A stretch of DNA of 63,090 nt, the filler included, from Octopus bimaculoides (Eukaryota): assembly GCF_001194135.2 (NCBI RefSeq). It is 7 parts of 7 records of this genome, joined end to end, with 100 filler letters (N's around TTAATTAATTAA, not from the genome) between each part and the next. Parts side by side here need not be neighbours in the genome. Positions count along the whole stretch, not along the records: positions 42,309 to 63,090 come from NC_068989.1; 6 more parts are not named here. One strand, written 5' to 3'. Position 1 is the stretch's first letter. Each line of letters opens with the position of its first letter. Positions 51,882 through 63,090 of this stretch are shown in pieces. The translations under genes were made by a program, and so were the position numbers. Below the pieces are notes generated by a model, which had not been told where the DNA came from, did not search any database, and saw nothing but the letters and a program-made list of their open reading frames with translations.

Positions 51882-53069
51882 GCTTTTGGACTGCTCAGTG
51901 TTTGAGTTAGTAGCAGCAGCAACTGTCCAACAGTAGGTGTAAACAACTTTTCAACTGTTGGTGTGGGAGTTAGCATCAGCAACAGGCTGGTGATGATTTT
52001 GGTGGTGGTGGTGGTGGTGGTGATGGCAGTAGTAGTGTCATGGTAGTGGTGGATGATGGTGTTAGTGTTGGAATGTTGGTGTAAGAGTTAGTAGCAGCAA
52101 CAAGTGGATGGCAATGGTGTCCTGGTGGTGATGGATGATGGCATTGGTGGTGGTGGATGTTAGGATGTTGGTTGTGGTTGCCATGACATAATTACATATG
52201 GTGGTGGTAGGGGTGGAAAATGGCGTTGGTGGTGTATGTTAAGATGTTGATTATAGTCACTATGATATATTCATAGGAGCCACCAGCCTAACTCTGATCA
52301 ACTATTGATTTTTCAAGTTGAGGTAGTGGATCATTGTAGCTTCTTTGATATGAAGACTTCTTGTGTTCCTCTCCATGGTCAGTATTGAGGCATCTATCTC
52401 TTTGGTGGTGTTGCCACATTTAGTTAAATGTTTGCAGAAGCAAGATACATTGTTAATTACAAACAGACAGAGATTTAGAGATGTTCTTTATGAAACCTTT
52501 ATCTCTTCTTCCTTCTCATCGAAGGAAGAAGCGATAGATTTTGTAAGATGGTTCTTCTATACTGAAGATTATGGGTCTGATGTGAAGATCAGGGTCCTCG
52601 TTATGCATCTTGATAAGATGGAAAAATATAAGTAGCTTACTATTGCATGAGGTAATGATTTTTTCTTTTTATCCTCACTGGGAGTTTACACTGGTTACAG
52701 ATGTTGGTCCAGGTTTGTTGATCAAGTCCTCCAGTATGGTCACAGTGACTTTAGCATAGATATTATTGTTGCTAAGGTGTTGGAATGTTAAATTGTTATC
52801 GGTGATCTGTGTGATGATGCAAAACTATCTGCCTTTATCGGAGGGAAGGTACACCAGGTTCCTCAACCAGAGTTATTTTTAATGTGGTAACTTGTGTCCT
52901 AGAAAGGTTGAATGGGAAGGAATTGGTGTGTTTGACCAGGATGGTGAAAAGGGAATGCTTCAGCTTAGAGGGTATTTTCCATTGATAACAGTTAAAAAGC
53001 AAGAAACATTGATGCCTGAGAATCCGACAGGGGCAGATATGGTGGTTTTGATGTGTGTATGTTTGTGTG

Positions 53070-53091
53070 TGTGTGCATGTATACATGTATG

Positions 53092-53133
<42 letters not shown>

Positions 53134-53650
53134 CATATTTATAGATATTGTTTTATAGGTTTATTGCTCATATATTTTTTGCACGTATTTTTTCTGTATT
53201 CTACCTTCCACCCTGCATTTTTCCTGTGTGTATATAGACGTGTATAAGGAACCTTTTGTGTGCGCTTGTGGATGTGTGCATCTGTGCATATATAGATGTG
53301 TGTGTGTGTGCTTGTATGCGAGTATGTGCATATATAGATGTGTGTGTATGTGCTTGTATGCGAGTATGTGCATATATAGATGTGTTTTATCCTTATTACT
53401 ATTTTACACTTTTTCACACCTTTTTCTGTATTTTGCCTTTAGCCCTGTTTTTTCATGTGCATGTGCGTATATAGACGTGTGTGTTGAACCTTTTTTGTGT
53501 GTGTGTGCGAGTATGTATGTGGGTACGTATATATTTTTTGGTGAATGTGTGGGTAAGCATGTGTATGTTTTAAGTGAGGGTTGATGAGTATAGACATATA
53601 GGTGCATGTACATGGGTGTGTGGGCGCACATGTGTATGTATGGACTCGTG
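53070..53650. repeat. (TG)n/(TA)n-rich degenerate repeats with a short tandem unit of about 40 bp
   Basis: GTGCATATATAGATGTGTGTG..TGCTTGTATGCGAGTAT repeated at about 53285-53385. Confidence 0.8.
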
Positions 53651-53898
53651 CACTTATGCGAATACTATGGACATTTTTACTCCCTTACCTTTACTCCCTC
53701 CCCTCACTTAGAGGTCATTCTAATAGCTCTTTTGTCTTAATGACGGTCAATCACACAGTAATTTCCCTTTGTTTAACAGTCATTTTCATAGCATTTTTTT
53801 GATGGCCAGATAACTGAAGAGATAGCAGCGTGGGTTCTGCCCCGACATCCAAAACTTGGGATTTTATCATGGCTTCCAAATAATTGTCACATATTTAC

Positions 53899-53964
<66 letters not shown>

Positions 53965-53968
<4 letters not shown>

Positions 53969-56041
53969 CACATGTATGCTCATAAATGCAACATCTTTCT
54001 TGGGTGAAGAATGCACAACTGAACATAGGCTAGCAGTTAGTGACTTTAGGCTTAGGACCAGAAGGATCCAGAGATGCAGGCTGATATGGAAAAGGAGGTT
54101 GTGGAAGCTCAAGAATCCTTACAAACAGACAGAGATTTAGAGATGTTCTTTATGAAACCTTTGATGAGAAGGAAGAAGAGATAGAAACATGACAGAGAGT
54201 TCCTGCAGGAAAATTTACTGAGAGCAACAGACCAAATTTGTGGTTGGAACAAAGCCTCTATCAGACCAAGGGTAATCTGATAGTGACATTGGTAGAACCA
54301 TAAAAGAGAAAAGATGAATCTGGAAAGAATGAAATAGAGGTGTAGCAAAGAATCATATTAGAAAACTAAAAGGGAAGCTAAACATCAGGTTTATCTAGCT
54401 AGGGCAGAAGCAGAAAGGAAGAGGCTTGCCAATGTCCTATAGTGTGAAGATCAGAGACATGAATGTGGAGAATGAATAAGGTAAAGGGACTCTACTCCAT
54501 TTGGACCCAACAGAAGGACCAAACAGAGAGACCAGCTATCCTAGTGGACAGCAGTACGATAGATAGGGAAAGGTTCTGGAATCACTGCTGTGATGCTCAA
54601 AATATCTGGTAAATTAGGATACAGGCTAGTCACCCGCATAATTAATCAGGTTAATCAAAAAGGCAAAATTTCCTAGTGACTGGTGCAGTAGCGGAGTCAT
54701 ACCTGATGACTGGGGTAGCAGCACCATAGTCAACTGCTACAAAGGTAAAGGTGACACTTTAGACACAAACAATTACAGAGGTATCAGGTTGTTGGATCAG
54801 GTAATGAAGGTTACGGAGAGGGTCATAGCCCAACTAATTAGACAGATGCAGGAGAAATACCTAGTCAAAGATAAACCTCTGTATCTGGCATTCATTGACA
54901 TGGAGAAAGCCTTTGACAGGGTCCCCCGATCCCTTATCTGGTGGTCAATGAGGAAACTAGAGATAAATGAATGGTTAGTGAGAGCTATGCAAGCCATGTA
55001 CAGGGACGCCGTCAGTAAGGTGAGGGTTGGCAATGAGTACAGTGACGAATTCCGGGTAGAGGTAGGGGTCCACCAAGGTTCAGTTCTCAGCCCCATCCTA
55101 TTTATCATAGTTCTCCTGGCAGTAACAGAGGAATTCAAGACAGGATGCCCTTGGGAGCTCCTCTATGCTGATGACCTTGTTCTAATTGCTGACTCACTAT
55201 CAGATTTAGAGGAGAAGTTCCAGGTGTGGAAGCAAGGATTAGAATTGAAGGGCCACAGCCTAGCGGTTGAGGTACCTGTGAAATAGGTAGACCCAGGAAG
55301 ACCTGGGATGAGGTGGTGAAGCATGACTTTCGAACATTAGGCCTCACCGAGGCAATGACTAGTGACTGAGACCTTTGGAAATATGCTGTGCGTGAGAAGT
55401 CCTGGCAAGACAAGTGAGACCATAACCCGTGGCCTTTACCAGGGGTGTACCCAGCCCACTTATGTGTACCTTTCCTTCTTTGGACACAAAACCCTGTTTG
55501 CAAAGACCTGTTGAGATAAGTGAAATCAAAATCAAAATCGAACCAAATTCGACGACTGGCATTCATGCCAACCTTCCTTCATTGGACACTAAACTCTGCT
55601 TGCAAAGACCTGTTGGGGCAAGTGAAATCAAAACTGAACCAAATTCGATGACTGGTACCTGTGCCATCCGAGCGGGATCATTGCCAGAGCAGCGGTCTGG
55701 CTTTCGTTACCAGCGTTGCCTTACTGGCATGTAAATAAAACATTCGAGCAAGGTTGTTGCCAGCACCGCTGGACTGACTCCTGTGCAGGTGGCACGTAAA
55801 AAACACCATTTGAGCATGGCCGTTGCCAGTATTGCCAGACTGGCCCTCGTGCCGGTGGCATGTAAAAGCTCCCACTACACTCTTGGAGTGGTTGGCGTTA
55901 GGAAGGGAATCCAGCTATAGAAACTCTGCCAGATCAGATTGGAGTCAAATCGTCAAATCGTCAAGCAGTCAAATCATCCAACTCATGCTAGCATGGAAGG
56001 CGGACGTTAAACGATGATGATGATGATGATGATGATGATGA
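53965..56041 (+). mobile_element. RTE-clade LINE with internal deletions, complete 3' UTR and (GAT)n tail
   Basis: EECTTEHRLAVSDF (endonuclease end); LAFIDMEKAFDRVP; GVHQGSVLSP; LLYADDLVL; tail GGACGTTAAACGATGATGAT. Confidence 0.92.
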
Positions 56042-56258
56042 AGTTACAAGGATAAGGGAGATACCTTAGTAGCAATTATTGAGGTATCAAACTCTAGGAC
56101 CAGGTAATGAAAATTGCAGAGAGAGTTATATCTCAATTCATTAGGATTAGAATTAGGCTAGATGAAATGCAGCTTGGTTTCACCCTGGAGAGAAGCACTA
56201 CTAATGTTATTTTCATAGTCAGGCACCTTAAAGAGAATACTTAGCTAAGAATAAACAA
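56042..56258 (+). mobile_element. Older RTE RT fragment
   Basis: Decayed ...GIKL.DQVMKIAERVI.Q.IR...LDEMQ.GF....ST...IF.VR region. Confidence 0.7.
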
Positions 56259-56355
56259 TTTCACACGTCGGTCATAAATTTTATGGACACAGTTGACTCG
56301 ACAGAGGAGTAACAAACGTTTTATTGTACACATTTTACAAAAAATCCGTAAAGTC

Positions 56356-57060
56356 ATGGAAAACTTGTTGTGGGGTTTAGTTGAGTTGCAAAAACAGCAA
56401 CTACAACAACTCAAAGAGCAAGAACAACAACGAACGTTACAGCAACAAATGCTACAACTAATGATGTTGGTAATAAAACCTGAAAATACGTTTTTGCCAG
56501 ACCATGTACCGAATTCAATAAAGGAATTTAAATATCACCTGGAAGAAGTAACCATCGAGGTATATTACTGAAGATTTGAGCAAATTTTCGAAAAAGAATA
56601 TCATGAAGCAACTGATAAAATGAAAACGCATCTAATTTTGAGGAAACTGACGACAACAGAGCATGAAAAATACAGTAACTTTATACTGCGTAAAAAATCT
56701 TCTGACATAAATTTTACGGACACAATTGACATTTTATATAAGATGTTCAGAGAAAAAAAACTCATTCAACACACGTTGGAAATGTTTGAATATTTTGAAA
56801 AGTGATGACGTAAACTTTACTACGTATGCAGGTAGAGTGAACAGGGAATGCGAGAGGTCTAAACTGGATAAACTAAATCCAGATTCGTTCAAATTCCTGA
56901 TTTTTGCACAGCGACTTACTGCTAAAATGGACGCAGAAGTCAGAACAAAAATTCTTCAAAAGCTGGAAATGAACCAGGACATAACCCTGGTTATAAATCG
57001 CACTGCAGAAGATGACGAAAATTTGGAACAAACGAGAAAAAAATAAATAGTTTGTCATCA
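56356..57060 (+). pseudogene. gag: Gypsy gag (frameshifted; zinc-knuckle region apparently deleted)
   Basis: MENLLWGLVELQKQQLQQ...; FNTRWKCLNI...TYAGRVNRECER...FKFLIFAQRLTA. Confidence 0.85.
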
Positions 57061-57089
57061 GAAAAAAAAGTTAGTACAACGAACAGAAA

Positions 57090-60000
57090 AATCATCAGAG
57101 TGAAAATCGAAACCACAAGTGTCAAAATGCAATTAGACACAGGTACTGATATCACTATCATAAGTGAAAAAACATGGAAACAAATCGGTAAGCCGAAATT
57201 ATTTAGATCAAATAAAATAGCATATGGTATTATTGGAAGGAAATTATATTTTATTGGCGAATGTGTTTGCAATGTAACTTTTTGAGGTAAAACAAACAGG
57301 GCAAATATTTATGTGTTGAAAAAAATCACTAAACTTATTTGGCACAGAATGTATAGTTATTTAAAATGTAAGATACCCCATAAGTGTTCATCATCATCAT
57401 CATCGTGGTTTAATGTCCGCTTTCCATGCTGGCATGGGTTGGACGGTTTGACTGAGAGCTGGCAAGCCAGAAGGCTGCACCAGGCTCCAATCCGATTTGG
57501 CAAAGTTTTTACTGCTGGATGCCCTTTCTAAAGCCAACCACTCCAAGAGTGTAGTGGGTGCTTTTTATGTGCCACTGGCACGAGGGCCAGTCACGCAGTA
57601 CTGGCATCGACCATGTTTGAATGGTACTTTTTATATGCCACAGGCATGGGAGCCAGTTGGGTGGCACTGGCAACGATCACACTTGAATGGTGCTTTTCAC
57701 GTGCCACCGGTACAGGACCAGTCAGGTGACACTGGCATAGACCATGCTCGAATGGTGCTTTTTATGTGTCACTGGCATGGGTGCTTATCAAGCGGTACTG
57801 TCATCAGCCATGACAATGACTTAGCTTGCCTCAAAAGGTCTTCACAAGCACAGTTTATTGCCCAATGATTGAATGGTACTCTTAAATGGGCTGGTTATGG
57901 CTGCACTGGCATAGGCCACAGTTACGGTCTCACTTGGCTTGGTGGATCTTTTCAAGCACAGCATATCTCCAAAGGTCTCGGTCACTTGTCATTGCCTCTG
58001 TGAAGCCCAATGTTCGAAGGTCATGCTTCCCATGTCTTCCTGGGTCTACCTCTTCCACAGGTTCCCTCTACTGTTAGGGTGTGACACTTTTTCACATAGC
58101 TGTCCTTATCCATACGCAATACACGACCATACCAGCGCAGTTGTCTCTCTTGTACACCACATATGATGTTTCTTATGTCCAACTTTTCTGTCAGGGTGCT
58201 TACACTAGTGTATGGCATTATACATTCAGTGGAGCATATTAGCTTCATTCCTTGCAAGCTTATGCATGTCCTCAGCAGTCACAGCTCATGTTTCACTGCC
58301 ATGTTGCATGGCTGTTCGCACACATGCATCATACAGTCTATCTTTTACTCTGAGTGAGAGGCCCTTTGTCACCAGCAGAGGTAGGAACTTTCTAAACTTT
58401 GCCCAGGCTATTCTTATTTTAGCAGCTACATTCTCAGAGCATCCACCCCCGCTACCGACTGGTCACCTAGGTAACGGAAGCTATCAACTACTTGTAGTTT
58501 TTTTCCCTGGAATGTGGCGGACTCTGTGGAAATGTAGTTGGGATGGTCAAAGGCTCGAATGCAGTCAAAGAACTGAGACAAAAAATAAAAAAATATTTCC
58601 AAATGTTTTTTTGGGAAGTATTGGGCTATTGCACTAAAACAAAAGCGAAGATTGCTGTAAAAGAAAACACAACACCTGCTTTTAGGCCCAAATGGAATGT
58701 GTTGNNNNNNNNNNNNNNNNNNNNNNNNNNNNNNNNNNNNNNNNNNNNNNNNNNNNNNNNNNNNNNNNNNNNNNNNNNNNNNNNNNNNNNNNNNNNNNNN
58801 NNNNNNNNNNNNNNNNNNNNNNNNNNNNNNNNNNNNNNNNNNNNNNNNNNNNNNNNNNNNNNNNNNNNNNNNNNNNNNNNNNNNNNNNNNNNNNNNNNNN
58901 NNNNNNNNNNNNNNNNNNNNNNNNNNNNNNNNNNNNNNNNNNNNNNNNNNNNNNNNNNNNNNNNNNNNNNNNNNNNNNNNNNNNNNNNNNNNNNNNNNNN
59001 NNNNNNNNNNNNNNNNNNNNNNNNNNNNNNNNNNNNNNNNNNNNNNNNNNNNNNNNNNNNNNNNNNNNNNNNNNNNNNNNNNNNNNNNNNNNNNNNNNNN
59101 NNNNNNNNNNNNNNNNNNNNNNNNNNNNNNNNNNNNNNNATTCCAGTAAGTAATGAATGCAATGTTAAATGATTGCGACTTCGCTATCACATATCTCCAT
59201 GATATTTTGATAAAGAGCAAGTCACTGGAGCCACACTTCAAACATATTAAAAAAGTATTTGAAAAAATAAATGAATATGAGGTTAGACTAACATGAAAAG
59301 TGTGAATTTTTTAATGAGAAAAATCAAATAATTTGGTCAAGTAATTAACAAAAGGGGAAGAAAAACCAGACCCATCAAGGGCAATGGCAATACGGAATAT
59401 GCCCCCCCCCCCTCCAATGAACATCAAAATGCTACAAGTGTTTCTAGGCTTGGTGAACTACTTTCAAGTATATATCCCAAACATACACAATGTAAGAGCT
59501 CCAGTAAATGAGCTGTTGAAAAAGGATACCAAATGGTTTTGGTCAGAAAAATTCCTGAAGGCATTTGAAGAGTTAAAAAGTATTTTAATTTCACACTTAC
59601 CTCTAACATACATCAGTCCAAAGTTGGAAACAATACTGGCCACAGATGCTAGTGAGTATGGGATAGGAGCTGTACTTCTACACAAATGTGACGATGGTAG
59701 TAGAAAGGCCATAGCTCATGCGTCAAGGACACTATTGCTAGTGGAAAATCATTATAGCCAGATTGAAAAAGAGGCATTGGCAATTATATTTGGCATCAAG
59801 AAGTTCCACAAGTTTATACATGGGAGACATTTTCGGTTACAAGCAGACCATTGCTCGTTGCTGACAATTTATGGATCCAAAAAGGGAATTCCAATACAGA
59901 TTACAACAATGAGGCACCATACTACTAAACTATGACTATGCAATGAAATTTTTACCTTCGAAAAAGCTAGGATATGCTGACGGCCTGACTAGGTTAATAC

Positions 60001-61200
60001 CCCAAAATGGCGAACCATTCAAGGATACAGTAATAGTGGCTCTGAGTGCTGAAGGTGAAATTAAGGACATAATGTGGAACATTGTACAGGAGTTACTGAT
60101 AACCCTGGAGGATATAAAATGGAATGCGTCAAAAGATAAGTTCATAAATGAAACAAAAAAAAAAGTGCTGTGGTCAACAAAAGTAAACAAAAAAAGGTTC
60201 AGTGTGTAAAAACTCCAAGACGTAAACATATATTCAATATGTGACGGCATACTTATGTATGCCCAAAGGGTAGTGATACCGGAAACACATTATACATCCA
60301 GGGATCTCAAGGATGAAAGTGATAAAGGTGGACAAGGAAATTGAAAACTTGGTAAAAGGCTGCAGAAAAATTGCCTACTAAAAAATGGGAGCCTTGGCCA
60401 GAAGTAAAAATCCCATGGTTGAGATTACACATCGATTTTGCGGGTCTGTTAAATGGTTATTACTGCTTAGTAGTTGTTGACAGTTTAACAAAATGGCCTG
60501 AAATTGTTAAATGCAAAAGACCAACCTCCTCAACTGTAATAGATTTTTTGCATGAATTATTTGCAAGAAGTGGCATCCCCGATGTTATTGTGTCTGATAA
60601 TAGAACACAGTTTGTGCCCAGCGAATTTAGAAAATTCTGTGAAATGTTCACAATAAAACATATAATGATAGCGCCTTACTATCCCAGATCAAATGGACAG
60701 GCAGAACATTTTGTTGATACCTTTAAAAGAGCTTTAAGGAAAACAAACAAGGGCATCACAGACGAAGTGACTCTTCAACAATTTTTTTAGAGGGTACAGG
60801 GTGACACCAAACCTTAATACACCAGCAGAAATGATGTTCATGAGGAAGGTGAAATCAGCTTTTGATAAACTGCTACCTGGCGAGGAAATAAAAAGTGCCA
60901 GGAAGAACATATCAAAATTTTTCAAAATTGGTGATAAGGTCATATAAAACGTAAGTGAATGAGGTCATATAAAAATGGAAAACAGTACTGGGAAGAAGGT
61001 GAAATTACAAATTACATAAGAAAAATTATGTATGGGGTAAAAGCAAAAAAGGTATTGAAAAAAGACACAGAAACCAATTAAAGAAGAGATTCATAGAAAA
61101 TGAACCAAACTGATTGGAAGTATTTATGGAATGGCTGTATGACACATTCCAGGTGGTTGAAACCCTGCATACAAGTGGAAGAGAAAGGAAGAACACAGAG
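57090..61200 (+). pseudogene. pol: Gypsy pol (PR-RT-RH-INT), interrupted at about 57386-58522 and by an N-gap
   Basis: Motifs as listed for the element; multiple frameshifts. Confidence 0.85.
57386..58525 (-). mobile_element. 5'-truncated RTE LINE inserted into Gypsy element 2
   Basis: (ATC)n tail at 57386-57403; 3' UTR; minus frames LQVVDSFRYLGD and ERQLRWYGRVLRM..GRGRPRKTWE. Confidence 0.92.
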
Positions 61201-61325
61201 TTCCTTAGAATAGATGTCAAAAAGAAAACATATTAAGTTGTATAAAAAAGAAAAAAGAAAAAAGGGAGATGGGATGAATAAAGTAAAATAAAATTACTTC
61301 CCAAAAAGAAAATCTAAAAGGGAGA

Positions 61326-61598
61326 TGTTGTAGTGGAAATAGTACACACCTCCCACAGGACAAGTCAGATGAACCAGCCACTATAAAGTGAGACGATGTC
61401 AACCAGTACAGGGAGTCATGTGTCAGTCATTGTAGAATCGTTGTACAGAGTTCTCGGTTGGATTTAAGTGTCAGTTACATGTTATAGTCGAGTTTGAGTC
61501 ACAGTCAAGGTGGATGGTATCTTGCAGAGCTGTCAGCAATAGCACAATATTACCATTCCAATATAGAAGAGATACACTGTACCTAACACCAAGAAAAT
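61326..61598 (+). repeat. 3' LTR of Gypsy element 2 (end approximate)
   Basis: TG start directly after the PPT; the end is inferred from similarity of CCTAACACCAAGAAAATA to the element-1 LTR end. Confidence 0.55.
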
Positions 61599-62071
61599 AT
61601 TGTGGCTACTAGAGTAGATACAACAGCTACAGTCACATCAATGGCCACACATTATAACTGTGGAAAAAACCAAAACATAACACACACACATTTGCAAATA
61701 TATACACACATACACACATAAATTTATTCAAACACACACACACACACACACAGAGTGCAATGGGTAAATTGTCGCTATTTTATATTTTTAATTTCATGCA
61801 TGTGCATTGTTTGTTTTTGATTTCATCGACTACACAGTATAGTAGGGTCAGAAATTTGAAAACAATATGCTGCACTGCTTGGCATTTGTGCCAGAAGCAC
61901 CAATACGAACATTTTAGAGTGTTTGAGTGTCAATCTGAGGTCATGTACTGAGAGTGATAAAAATCAAACATCCAGTCAACACCATGGTGTTTCAGTTCTA
62001 TATTTAAGAGAGAAGGAATTATGTACATTATTTACAATTGATGGATATTTGTCCTCTTCTTGTTTGTTGCT

Positions 62072-62118
62072 AACACAACGTTTCGGCTGATATACCCTCC
62101 AGCCTTCATCAGGTGTCT
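62072..62118 (-). ncRNA. Minimal type I hammerhead ribozyme motif (palindromic stem III, dimer type)
   Basis: AGACAC-CTGATGA-A-GGCTG(10 nt)CAGCC-GAAACGTT-GTGTT; stem I GACAC/GTGTT. A decayed partner lies at 62449-62492 on the plus strand. Confidence 0.65.
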
Positions 62119-62300
62119 TGGGGAAATTTCAAACCTGGGTTCTCATTCCTAAGGTATTTTCCGATGTTATTATTATTATTATTATCATTATTATTATTAT
62201 TATTATTCAGGTCACTGCCTGGAATCGAACTTGAAATCTTGGGGTTAGTAGCTCACACTCTTAACCACTACGTCACTACACCACTATGCCCATGGGCATA

Positions 62301-62358
62301 TGGCGTAGTGGTTAAGAGCATGGGCTACTAACCCCAAGATTCTGAGTTCAATTCCAGG
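62301..62358 (+). promoter_or_regulatory. tRNA-like head with Pol III A and B boxes (mirror copy at about 62215-62275 on the minus strand)
   Basis: A-box TGGCGTAGTGG, anticodon-like stem-loop GGG-CTACTAA-CCC, B-box GAGTTCAATTCC. There is no acceptor stem, so it is not a tRNA gene. Confidence 0.7.
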
Positions 62359-62364
62359 CGCTGA

Positions 62365-62400
<36 letters not shown>

Positions 62401-63090
62401 CATCAAAAAATACCTTAGGAATGAGAACCCAAGTTCAAAATTTCCCCAAGACACCTGATGAAGGCTGGAGGGTATATGGGCTGAAATGTGTTAACAACAA
62501 ACAAGATGAGGACAAATATCCATCAATTTTAAATAATGTAGATAATGTATCATGGTGTTTGAAGTGATCACTAGTGATGGTGATGTTATGCCTCCATTCA
62601 TCTTCCCACACGGCCTCAGACTCAACGTGGAGGCTTACATCAAGTACCTGGAGGAAGCAGTGCTGCCCTGGGTTAAAAGGGTAGCTGCAGGAAGACCCTA
62701 TCTCACAACAGGACTCTGCACCATGCCACAGGAGAATCCAGTCATGGCTGTCAGACAAATTCTACAACCTCAGCACCCCTAACATCTGGCCACCTAACTC
62801 CCCAGACTGCAACCCCACTTGATTATTATGTGTGGAGTGCAGTTGAGTGAGAGACCAAAAAAACTGCTAGTAACAGCTAACACCAACGATGAACTGAAGG
62901 CAAGGATTATGGCAGTATTCATCAACTTAAATAAGGAGACCCTCCAGAAGAGTTGCAGGAGATTTCGAAGTTGTCTGGAGGCTGTGGTTGAAGACAATGG
63001 CAATTTTATTGAATAGATTTACTCTTTTGTATTACAAGATATTTTTATGTAATTTTGGTAAATATTCATCATCATCATCATCATCATCAT

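Larger units (their letters stand above)
51610..53030 (-). mobile_element. Penelope-like element remnant (RT N-terminal region, GIY-YIG C-terminus, inverted terminal repeat)
   Basis: Minus-strand frames read SDKGR*FCIITQ...HLSNNNIYAKV (about 52760-52845), LIKMHNEDPDLHIRPIIFSIEEPSYKI (about 52535-52620) and KHLTKCGN...ILTMERNTRSLHIKEA (about 52330-52435). Confidence 0.7.
56290..61598 (+). mobile_element. Second decayed Gypsy (Mag-like) element; 5' LTR not seen; interrupted by an RTE
   Basis: gag ATG at 56356; MQLDTGTDITII at about 57125; YLHD (YLDD) at about 59190; ATDASEYGIGAVL; HIDFAG, VVVDSLTKWPE and YYPRSNGQAE; PPT AAAAGGGAGA then TGTTG at 61326. The LTR end is approximate. Confidence 0.88.
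61993..62548. mobile_element. Palindromic head-to-head dimer of a tRNA-derived, hammerhead-containing non-autonomous retroelement
   Basis: Arms at about 62017-62292 and 62293-62546 centred on TATGCCCATGGGCATA; TSD A(C/T)CATGGTGTTT at 61981-61992 and 62549-62560, inside the transposase ORF. Confidence 0.88.
61751..63065 (+). mobile_element. Tc1/mariner (DD37D, maT-like) transposon remnant, internally deleted and interrupted
   Basis: TIR-like CAGAGTGCAATGGGTAAATTGTCG; KHPVNTMVF|EVITSDGDVMPPFIF; QDSAPCH; WPPNSPDCNPLDY; LEAVVEDNGNFIE*. The subfamily call is inference. Confidence 0.85.

Noticed and set aside
62301-62358. Possible tRNA gene
   Set aside because: No acceptor stem and an atypical anticodon; it is a SINE-like head.
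1-63090. CRISPR arrays, rRNA genes, or prokaryotic or viral systems
   Set aside because: No repeat-spacer arrays, rRNA motifs or dense gene organisation; the sequence is eukaryotic repeat-rich DNA.

Overview
Repeat-saturated, AT-rich animal genomic DNA from a gappy short-read scaffold. It has 18 N-gaps, six of them 100-nt placeholders of 44N+TTAATTAATTAA+44N. The repeat repertoire looks like octopus (cephalopod); that species call is an inference from recognised repeat families. No intact protein-coding gene is recognisable, and almost all supplied ORFs are microsatellite, N-gap or decayed-transposon artefacts. Supported content: two decayed Gypsy (Mag/K02A2.6-like) LTR retrotransposons, one full-length with a 5-bp TSD; several RTE-clade LINE copies; an I/Jockey-group LINE remnant; Tx1/L1 and RLE (R4/Dong-like) LINE fragments; a Penelope-like (GIY-YIG) remnant; a DD37D/maT-like Tc1-mariner remnant; a mariner MITE that hosts both a Gypsy and an RTE; at least four tRNA-derived SINE families; a 19-bp minisatellite; and many compound microsatellites. 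The most notable signals are three structurally different hammerhead-ribozyme motifs. One lies in a 556-bp palindromic, TSD-flanked element made of two head-to-head tRNA-derived SINE-like units. Also notable are two apparent templated-insertion repair scars copied from nearby DNA and a few low-confidence candidate exons. All alignments and folds were done by eye and many boundaries are approximate.
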